Part shown: positions 47,170-57,800 of the stretch, piece after piece
Layout: every line of letters starts with the position of its first letter
Position numbering within the stretch: the stretch's first letter is position 1
From: Vitrella brassicaformis CCMP3155
Lineage: Eukaryota > Protista > Chromerida
Assembly (NCBI GenBank): GCA_001179505.1
Contig: CDMY01000973.1
Span: 62,001-126,000, forward strand
Reading direction: 5' to 3'
DNA: 64,000 nt
Program-made: the position numbers and the translations under genes
The notes under the pieces: generated by a model
Told to the model about the DNA's origin: nothing
Seen by the model: the letters and a program-made list of their open reading frames with translations, nothing else
Database searches by the model: none

Positions 47170-48648
47170 ATGGCACGTCAGCGCCACCCCCATGAGGAAC
47201 TGTGGGTAGAAGTGGCCATCAGGAAGCTCAAGACTGACGCCCGCCGCCACAAGAATCGCAAGCCGCGCCTCAAGCCCAATGCCCACAGCGCGTTCGACGG
47301 CTTCAAGTCGTACATGGAGGTGTTTGGCTACCTCCTTCACTTCAGTGTAAGAAACCATGAGACGAACAAACACGTAAGGCATGCATGGGGCACACAGCAA
47401 GTGATCCAATGGATGCGTTCATCATCTTGCTGCATTGTGGCATGTGTCAACAGGTGACGATTTTGCTCCAGTGTGTAATTCCCCGCACCCTCCGCTACCT
47501 AGAAATGACTAATGGGCAGTGTCGGATGAATAGATTCTGGAACATTCTGTGGCTGTACATAGACATCCTCATCATAATCTGGCAGTTGTGCCCCAAGTAA
47601 GGCGATAGGGAACACGCCTAGAGGGATGGATGGATGGGTGGATGGATGGATGGGTACATAATGGATGCATCCTAGCCATGGTGACACATGTGACGTATGT
47701 ACTGCGGTTCTCTTGTGTGCTTGTCAGGTTCCGGTGGTGCATCATCATCTGGTGCCGTGTCGTCGTGGTGCCCATCTGCCAGCTGATCAGGGCGACCGGC
47801 CGTCAGCCTCGTATCGTTGACGGCCGTGTCAACCTGTATCAGCAGCACGGCAGATGGTACATCGAGATGGAGTCCGGCGCCCCCTTCCTCATCCCTGAGC
47901 GCTTCGGCACTGCGGCCGAGATCCACGAGCTGGATCAGGATGGGGAGGAGGCGCTGCGCGGCTCCGATCGAGGTGACCGCGACGACACGGACGCTGCTGC
48001 TGCTGAGGAGGCCGGTTGGGTGGAGTGGGTCGACAGCGCCAAGGCCGCCATCATGCGCAGCCATGTCAACAAGGCCACCTACCGCCCCTTCCTGCTCAAC
48101 TTCCTGGATAGCTATGACGAGCTGCACCCGTAAGCAAGAGACACGACAGGAGACACACGACGTTCTCTTTCCACCATTGATCCATTCATGTGTCTTGTGC
48201 TGGTCTGTATTTCAGGTTCCAGTGGTCGGAGGAGGTCCAGGCCGAGTCGTACCTCATCACTGATCCTGACGAGTGTCTCGGCTTGCTGCCGGCGCTCTTC
48301 GGGATCAGTGATGACAGCGGCTCCGTGCCGGCTGGCTGGGACCTCTCGGCTGAGAACCTCCAGGCCATCATGGGCGAGTGGGAGCAGGAGAACCCCCTGC
48401 CCGACGATGACGAGGATGACGACGAGTGGGTGGATGAGCACGAGGAGGCCCGCGCCATCGAGAGGCGCATCCGCCACGCCATGCGGCACAACCGCAACAC
48501 CCACACGCGCGGCCACCTCCGACTCTCCGACACCACTCGTCGCATCCAGCAGGGCGCCCCTCGCAGCCGCTCCTCGTCAAGCCGCAGCGGCCGCAGCAGC
48601 CTCCAGAGCCGCATCAGCCGGGCGGGCAACAGCCACCGGAGTCGGTGA
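47170..48648 (+). CDS. Hypothetical protein: basic N-terminus, Trp/Ile/Cys-rich hydrophobic segment, acidic region, Arg/Ser tail; 4-5 exons
   Basis: MARQRHPHEELWVEVAIRKLK..; FWNILWLYIDILIIIWQLCPK/FRWCIIIWCRVVVVPIC; FQWSEEVQAESY..; ends NSHRSR*. Confidence 0.6.
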
Positions 48649-49075
48649 CCAGGGCAGCGGAGGGGGATTGTGTCGATGGAGCAGGACGAGGGAGGAGGAC
48701 TATCCTTCCTGCCCTTTGTCGAGGGACCGAGTGTGCGTGTTGGTGTTTGCGCGTCTGCGTGTGTGCGTGTCTGCGTGTGTGCATGTGGAAACTTTCTCGT
48801 TCGAGCGGCTACGTGACGGCACCACATTTTTTACAGAGATCTGTTTTCATACACACATCCGTACGCGCGCACACACACGAGCATAGCAAACACGCCGCGC
48901 TATCTGCACAGGTATTGACTGACACACCTTTTCATGAGGTGCATTTCTTCGACCGGCTCATCAATCCGACAATCCAGCCACCAACCAACATCATCCGCCT
49001 AATCCTCCATCCTCGCTCTTGACGCCCAGCAAAGCAAACACACGTACCCACATCACACCACCTAACCTGCCTCAT

Positions 49076-52000
49076 CTATCTGCGCTTGCCCTTTCCCTTT
49101 CTCTGGATAGCCCAGTGAGGCCGCTTCTTGATGTTGTCAGCCAGGCGAGCCAGCCTCTCCTTCCTTCTGCGAATCTTGGCCTCTTGCGCATCGACCTCAT
49201 CAGACGATCCTTCGGTGTCCTTGTCGGCCTTGTCGCCGTCCATACCTCCCTCCTGCGTTGATTTGAGTGAGGGGTAGATAGACACAGAGCGACGTGTGTG
49301 CGTGTGTGTGTGTGTGTGGATGGGTCGCCCACCCATTCACCTGTGAGCCGTCTGATCCGCTGTCGCTGTCGGGCTGTGCATCGCCCTCGTCAGACTCTTC
49401 TTCAGTCCCTGATCACACATATATACACACATGGCACATGCATCTGTGTGCCAGGCGTATGTCTTCCTCACCTCTGAGTTTCCGCTCGTATTCCTCGACT
49501 GAGATCTTGCCTTGCCGCAGCTTCTTGGCCAGACGCTCTGTACAAAAAAACAAGGCATCACGCATTGAGAATCGATGCGCCCATCGTTTGTGTGGAGGCT
49601 GCCCACCCTCCAGCGCGAGATCTTCCCACTCGGCGGCAGCACGCTTCCTGAGGAAGGAGGAACACGATGAATGGAGACGCATAGATACGCGCGTACGTGC
49701 CCTCTTGGTGAGTGGTGGCTATCTGGCCGGCTGTCTCAAACACCCACCTCTTGGCCCTTCTCTTCTCCCCGCGTGTTCGATACACCTTGCTCTCCTCACA
49801 CTTCTGTTCGTCTTTTGCCCGCTTCTCGACAGCCCTGACACACACACACACACACACACAGAGACAGACAGACAGACAGAGAGAGATTCTGTCAAGTGGC
49901 GCTTGAGAAAGGGATGGCAGTTGGCCTACTTCGCCTTTGTTCTGTCCTTTTTGGGGTCGGTCTGGCTGCTCTCCATCGCTTTCGCCTCTCGTTTCTTGCG
50001 CAGCTGCTCCTGCCGCTGGGCCTCACGGTGGGGGTCCTACTCACACACAAATGGAATGAAGGGCAGGTTGTGTGTGGGGCCATTGGTTGCACCGCCGCCT
50101 CGCAGATACCTTGAACGCAATGGTGCTGGGGTCGACGTCACTCTGGACGAAGTTGTCGATCGTGCGACCTGAGTGACACAGGCACCGAGAGAGCACATGG
50201 GTGGGTGCATGTTCGCGGTGTCGTGCCTGCATGTGTGGTCACCTACCGAGGATTTCCTTGACGCGTGGAATACGCAGGAGGGCGAACGAGGAAGCCAGGT
50301 GGCCGATCGACAAACTCTGCACAAGGCCAATTGAGGAAAAAGAATGCATTCAAATAAAACAGGCTGTGCGCAGCGCAGGCCGTGTGGTGTTTGTTGTACG
50401 TGCCTGGAATGGGAAGATGTAGGCGAGCTGGTGCTCCTTGTACGCCCGCACAAACGATACAAACGCCGCAGAGGCCTTCTCAAGCACCGCACGATCCTAA
50501 CCGACACACACACGCGCCACCATATGCATGCAACCCCTCCCTTCCTGAATGGATGGATGGATGTCCCACAAACCTCCATGAGCACTTGCTGCGCGTCTCT
50601 CAGCGTGCTGGCGGCCTCCTCGTCCTTGATCAGCTGCTGCTCGGATGAAAGAGAGGAGTCGTCTGGAGGTGCCTTGCGCTTCTTCCTGGCCGCCACCCCT
50701 GCAAAAGCGCTCTTGAGCCGACTGGACGCAAAGTCCGCAAGCTCCACCTATGTATATCCAAGGAAAGGACAGTGGCAGGGATGGAACCAGACGCATGAAC
50801 CCCCTGTGTCGTTTGGCCGACCTTTCTTCTCTGGAGGAATGGAATGTAGGCCGTCTCCTCGGGCAGGAGCATCACCAGCGACCGGCCTGACCGGCCCGCA
50901 CGCGCAGTGCGGCCGATCCGATGGATAAAGAACTCGGGATCCTGCATCCATCCAACCAACCATCCATGTATGCCCCAAGTGTCGCCCTCTAATTCTCACT
51001 CACCTGTGGAGCGTCATATTGGATGATCCAGTCAACGTCCGGCACATCGATGCCCCTGGCCGCCACGTCCGTGGCCAGCAGAATGCCACGGGAGCCGTCG
51101 ACGAACTGCTGGTATGTCTTCTGCCGACCCTTCTGGGCCATCTGGCCGTGCAGCCGATAGATTGGGTAGTTGGCAAGGGAGAAGGGGTGCTGTCCTGAGG
51201 TCTGTTCGCTTGGTATGGGTGCGGCGGAGTTGGTGTTGGCGTCATGTCGTTTGGTGAGCTCGAGGAGCATCTTGTGGAAGAAGTCGACACACGCGCATGT
51301 GAGGAAGAAGACGATGCACTTGCCCTTGCTCTCTGGCAAGATCGTCCTGACGGTAACGCCACACACTTACACCATTATACGGGCCCGCCCATATTCCCTC
51401 CATCCCATATCCACTCACCTGAAGAAGCGCATAAGGAATGCCAGCTTCTGATCGCTCCTCATGTAGCAGTAGTAGTTCTCAAGTGTCGTGGGCGTGCTGT
51501 GCGTCACTGCACCGCCGGCCGCATCCTCGCCGTCCTGCTTGTCGTCTTGCTGTTGGGCTTTGGGTCGGTCGACCTTGACGCAGATGTGCACGGGGTTCCT
51601 GAGGCCTGCCTTGATGAGCTGGTGGAGGGCGGTCGTCAGGGTGGCCGAGAAGAGACCCGTGCGGCGCTGTTTTGGCAAACGGCCTGAAACACGGCATGGA
51701 TGGCTGCTGTGTGCATCATCGATCCATCGTACCGAGAATGTCTGACAGGTGCCTCTCGAACCCCAGGTCGAGCAGCCGATCAGCCTCGTCCATCACCAAA
51801 ACCTCCAGCGACTTGAGAGTCCAATCCTGGCACACACACAGAGTAGGCACATGCATCCGTGTTTCTCGCCGCCGTCTGTAGGCCGGTCTGTACCCACGTC
51901 GGGGTCGCTGAGGATCGTCAGCAGATGGCTGAGCCGCCCAGGTGTGGCCACAATGATCTCAAGCGACCTGTCCGTCGCGGCCCCGCGGATCTGCTCGCAC

Positions 52001-52461
52001 TCTTGGTCCACCTCACGCCCACCGGTGACCAGCCACGCCCTCAAATGCCCGCCATACCCATGCCCGTCAGCCACGTGCCTCATTAAGGCAGACAGCACCT
52101 CATGAATCTGCCCCGCCAGCTCCCTTGTGGGCGCCAGAACGAGGGCACCAATGCGGAAGGTCGCCATCGCCACACCGCTGTGCGTTCGCTGCCGCTTGGG
52201 CGCGTCCGATGCCGCGAGAGTTTTGAGGAGCATCTCGACACACGGGATAAGGAAGGCGAGTGTCTTGCCGGAGCCGGTGATGGCCTCCACGCAGACATCT
52301 TTGTTGTCGAGGAAGAGAGGGATGGTGATGGCCTGCACGGGCGTCATCTTGATGAAGCCTTGGGCGGCGACGAAGCCGAGAGTGGCTGGACTGAGGCCTT
52401 TGACGTCCTCCCAGCGACGGGAGGCCTGCTGTGGCTGTGGACGGGATGAAGAGTCTGACAT
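49076..52461 (-). CDS. SPB4: DEAD-box RNA helicase DDX55/SPB4 (60S ribosome biogenesis), multi-exon
   Basis: [12 protein letters not shown] (Q motif), [65 protein letters not shown] (DDX55-typical), [30 protein letters not shown]; charged tail ends KGKRR*. Confidence 0.92.
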
Positions 52462-52718
52462 CGATGTATGTTGGATGGATCTCGATTTAGAGAATTGCCG
52501 ATGAGTACCTCGGTCCTCCTGCGCCGTAGATGCGACCTTTACTTGGCTGGGTGCGCACTGGCGCATGGCAGATTTTAGCTCGCAGATCGGCCGATTTTGC
52601 AGTCAGCAGAAGGAGGCTGAGGCCATTCTCAGAGGGCTCTTTGGAGCCAGAGAGGGAGATACAGCAAACCGCGTCTAAAAATGGCAAACTGATCTTGATC
52701 TTGACTGGCTGATCTGCG
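52462..52718. promoter_or_regulatory. Putative bidirectional promoter between SPB4 and the CAF16-like gene
   Basis: Divergent start codons 258 bp apart. Confidence 0.4.
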
Positions 52719-52919
52719 ATGAAGGACGCCTCAGACTCATCAATGGCCTGTGACGGTCAGGATGCGGAGCCAGCCATCGAGATCTGCAACCTCTCTTACC
52801 ACTACGAGAAGGTGCGGCAGACGTACCTCATCACCGAGCTCGACCAGCGCTACGCCGACTGCCTCACGGTGCGAAACAAACAGGCCCATGTGCCTCACGC
52901 CTGCAGTGAGTGACACTGA

Positions 52920-52965
<46 letters not shown>

Positions 52966-54278
52966 CGTGTGTTTGATGCAGGACATCAGTCTCAAGATAG
53001 CGAAGGGATCTCGTGTGTTGGTGGTGGGCGGCAATGGCGCTGGCAAATCGACCGTTAGTCGGCTTGGCTTGTGTTGAAGGAAATGCATCATGTTCATGTC
53101 ACGTCGGCTGTGTGTTTCCCTTCCCTCCCTATTGCTGTCCGTCTCTCTACAGCTGCTGAGCATCCTTGGAGGAAGAAAGGTACGCAAAGCAATCACGAGC
53201 TGGATTGGATGCATGTGATGTGATGGAGAACATCTGCTGCTATTGACCGACAGATGGTTCCGGAAAGGAGTGCTCTCGTGCTGGGTCGGCCTGCCTTCCA
53301 CGACTCAACGCTCAGCAACGACGTCATGTACCTCGGCGAATGGTGGAAGAACGGTCAGGGCAGTCAGTCAGCCATAGGCAAACAAAGGCCTGCTCACGAT
53401 ATCTCATTCTTGACATGTACTGTGTTGTGCTGTCTGTCCTGTTGGTTCAGAGTTCTTCATGGATGTGCCGATGCGCGACTGTGTGCGGGAGCATCTGGAT
53501 GACCCCCGCTTCCAGGTGCTGCGTCGGTGTCTGGATGTGGACCTCGACTGGCGCATCTCGCGCGTGTCCGACGGACAGAGGCGGAGATGCCAGCTGCTCG
53601 CACACCTCGCCACGTACGTCACGCCCGTAGCCATCGAATCGATGGACCGACTGTTGTTGTGTGTGTGATGGGTGGGGTGGGTGTGTTGTGGTGCGCATGG
53701 CATGGTGTGTGCAGGCGGAGGAAGGTGTACATAATGGACGAGGTGACGACCGATCTCGATGTGGTCGGGAGGGACTCGCTCATGAGGTAGGTGGGCTGGT
53801 GTGGCATATGAATCCGATGCGATACACACCGTATGTAAGTAATGACGTGTGTGTGTGTGTGTGTGTGTGTTTGTATGTCAGGATGTTGCGTCTTGAGAGC
53901 GAGCGTCGTGGCGTGACCATTCTGTACGCCACGCACATCTTCGATAACATGGAGGGCTGGCCCACACACATACTTTACCTCAGAAAGGGGCAGATCCACA
54001 CCTTCTGCAAAATGGAAGACTTCACACAGTAAGTAAAAGCATGAGAGCGACACCACACAAGGCAGGTGGACAGGCCAACATGCGTTGACTGACTGTGCCG
54101 TGTGTGTCGTGCCTTGTGTGTGAGTGGCAGGTATCACAGACTGCGCGCAGAGGGCTGTCTGATGCCCCTGTATACCGTAGTGCGTGAATGGCTCTATGAG
54201 GAGCTTCACGAGGGAAACAGCGGCAGAGATCTGACGCTGACAGACGATGAGCTCCTCGGCGGGTCTACGAGTGGCTGA
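52719..54278 (+). CDS. CAF16: Soluble single-domain ABC ATPase, CAF16 / plant ABCI19-21-like; multi-exon
   Basis: GSRVLVVGGNGAGKSTLLSILGG (Walker A), YLGEWW, LDVDLDWRISRVSDGQRRRCQL (SDGQ signature), IMDEVTTDLDVVGR, TILYATHIFD; no TM domain; stop at 54276-54278. Confidence 0.85.
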
Positions 54279-54889
54279 GATGATTGATATGAGTGAGGCT
54301 CTGACGGCTGTACAGTTGTTCTGGTCAGCTGTTTCTTGGTGCACTTGGATCTGTCCATGACATGCGCCTGCCTGCATGTGAGCGCAGCCTGCTTGTCGGC
54401 TGCATGCCAGTACTATAACCATTGCAACAATGAGGAAGATTCGTGTCGAAAAGACCTGCAAGGGGTACCCTTCTTGTCCCCCATGCCCCCAGCTGGTTCT
54501 GTCGATCGGCTGGAGAAAGGCGCAGATCTGGCCTGACTGATCTGGCCTGTCAAGCCTTCCAGCCTCCTCTCCGACGAGCGCGCCTTCGCGCCTTCTGGGA
54601 GCGAGCAGCCTCGACTTTGTTCTCCTCTCCGCTGCCTCGAGCTGATCTGTAGAGCCGGCCCTGGACAACGGACATGCCCAATGCCTGTCAGTCTGGTCGC
54701 GAGCTGGCTGTGAAGGACGCCAGTGAGTGGGAGTGGAGCGAGGGGCGGGGCGAGGCGCGGCCACATAGTGCATGCCATTAAGGTAGGGCAGGGAGGAAAT
54801 GGCAGCACAGTAAGACACAGCGTGAAGTCACCGCGTCGGGTGTGTGTGTCTGCATGTGCATGCGTGCAGGTAGCTCTTTGGCGGCTGAG

Positions 54890-57800
54890 ATGAAGGCTGA
54901 CGGTCGTCCCTCTGCATCATCATCGTCATCCCTCAGTGGCGTCGGGTCGGTGGTCGAGCAACTCGCAGAACTACTCAGAGAGAAGTCGCATCACAACAGC
55001 AGGTCTGTCCGTGGGCATGCACGCGCACGTGTGCATGCACCTCCTCTCTCCTTGTCTGTACCGTGTGTGTGTGTGTGCGTGTGTCTGTGTGTGTGTCTGT
55101 GTGTGGTCAGTGACCCCCCTCCCCCGCCCCCTCCCCCCTCCCTCGTAGTAGCCAACACGTCTACACCGGCGCACAACCACACTCACCCCTACCCATCCGC
55201 ATTTAACGTGTACGCACCGCCGCCACCGCCACCTGACGATGACCACCATGGCATCATCACGATGGGCAACAGAATCGTCAGACGCACGTACGAACGAATG
55301 GTCGCCCCACACCCACACCCACACCCCCACACATGTGTACCTATCTGTTGTGTGCTGTGCGCTGTCGTGTTCAGCGGCAGCAAGGTGTATGTGCCCAAGG
55401 GCCACCGCCAGCACCACCAGCATCACCATCACCATCAGCTCCATCCGTCACCGTCACCCCCACCCCCGCCCACACGCACCAACACACAGTACTACCAGCC
55501 CATGACGACACAGAGAACCGGAAGTAGCGGTCTTGGTGGTGGTGGTGGTGGTGGTGGGTGCAGCGCCAGCAGCAGCACCAGCAGCAAAGAAGCGCCGCCC
55601 TACTCGACGGCCATGAAGATGAGATATGCTGAGGTCTCACGGGCACTACAGGTGCGCCGTCCGTGCCAAGAAGGAAGGCCTTTACATGGAAAATGGATGC
55701 GCACATGTGTGTGTGTGTGTGTGGGGGGGGGTGTGTGCAGATGCTGCTCAAGGAGGTGGGGAAGGCCATATCGGTCGCGAGCCTGGAGCAGATGTTCATA
55801 CAACGATTCGACGTCACGTAAGCGACCTGAGCGAGCAGATGAAAGGTCATTGTCAACCTATAACTATGCCTTTCGTGTGTCCTTCCTGTCCGTGTGTGCA
55901 GTGTGGATCAGCTGGTGCGCATCCCGCTGCTCGAGTACCTACAGCGCAAGGCGAGCATCTTCATGCTCGAGATGGAGGCCGACCCCCCAATGGTGGCCCT
56001 CCACCCCAGCATCATGCAGGGACCCCCACTGGCGGACCTCAACGCGCCTAAGGTACGTTGCATTTCCTTCGTGTGCAAGTGCGTGTTGATGGTGTGTGGT
56101 GTGATGGGCGTGTGTGGCTGTAGGATGAGGCGTTTGTGGTAGAGGAGTTCGTCAAGCTCATCGACGACTCGGTGACGCACGGGAGTTTCATCTGCTACAT
56201 CTCCTCTCTCTGCGGCAAGTTCATCCAGCGCAACTCGCTCTCCGTCACAAGTACGGCAGCGACCCTGCACACACCACCACACACACCCCTGATGGACGGA
56301 TGGATGGATGGATGGATGGCTGTGTGCAGGCATCATTGGTGTCCGCCCGCTGGATCTGCTCAAGCGACACCCCGAGACCTTCCTGCTCGTCGGAGGGGGG
56401 TCAGTCAGCACACGCAGCACAGCACAGGGACAAGCGTCCATCCAAGTATGTGTGTGGATGTGTGTCAGGAACGTGACGCTGCGCAAGTACGAGTGCGAGA
56501 GGGAGGTGCAGGAGGTCATCAGTGCCGTCCGCGGCGCGTCCAAGGCTCAGAGAGTCGCCAAGGCCGTCGATGAAGCACAGTAGCCCAGCCAGCCACAAGA
56601 CACACACCAGGCCCTCCTCATATATAACGTCACTCTCCCTCCGTAGGTATCCCCCATTCAGCACTCGCCGCGAACACCGTCCAGATCGGCTGACGGTGCA
56701 GCACGTCGTTGACGAGTTCCGCCGTCTCATTCTACAGGACTGCGCAGAGGGCGTGCAAGTGGTCGGCCGGCCTTTCACCATTCACTCACACGCCACAATA
56801 AATTGTGTTCATGTTCATCTTGATCTTCATGTTTTTTTTGTGTGTGTGTGTGTGTGTGTTTTGTGTGTGTGTGTGTGGTCGTCCTGTGCAGGTTTACATC
56901 TCGTCGCTATGCGGTCGGTTTCTTCAGCGCTATGGCGTGCCGGTGACCAAGATCATCCAGTGCCGACCAGCAGACTTCCTCCGACAATACGACCACATAT
57001 TCGTCATGACCGGTGCATTCTCTCCCCTCCCACACACACATATCATCGCTCCTCCTTGTGTGTGCAGGGGGCGGCAATGTGGGTCTGCGTGAGGTCCTGG
57101 GCCACGACATTTCCTCGGTCCCCCCTCCCCCGCCACGCACCGGCATCATCGACACACCCGCAGCAACATCCAAGCAGCACGCCAGCACCACGCAGGGCGT
57201 CTACAGCCACGGTGACGACTACAGCTACATTGACGAGGGGTATGGTGGGTCAGGGGAGGCATCGGAGGAGCGTGAGATCGCCGCTTTGGAGCGGATCCAC
57301 CAGTGGTGCACCGAGCAAGCAGAGAAGGAGGAGCATTTCCACACGGTGAGGGAGGGAGGGATGTTGACACTCATACGGTTCCAATATCCTCGCTCTCTCT
57401 CGCTCTGTGTGTGTGTGTGTGTGTGTTTGTGTGTGTGCAGGGCGTCTCACCCCCACCACCCCCACCACCCCCGCCCCCACCCTCCACGGACAGTGATGGC
57501 CTCGGTGTGCAGTCCTTCACACCCGACGTGATGCGGCTGCAGCAGCCAGAGCAGCCACAGACGGCACAACAGACAGAGGGCGGGTGCAGTGATGGCGATG
57601 TCTTGACGGACGCTTCGTTGACGGAGCTGCATGACCGGCTGGTCAACGACAAATATACACACATGTATGGGAGGGAGAAAGAAGCAGAGGGAGGGCGAAA
57701 AGCGTCACATGCTCTGTCTGTCTGTCTGTCTCTCTCTGTCTCTCTGTCTCTCTGTCAGTGCTGCCCGAGCGGTGCGTGTGGTGTGCGAGGTGCTCAAGCG

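Noticed and set aside
1002-53619. Long antisense ORFs overlapping real genes (e.g. 30117-30716, 30744-31433, 59892-60668)
   Set aside because: Expected shadows of GC-rich coding sequence; no independent motifs.
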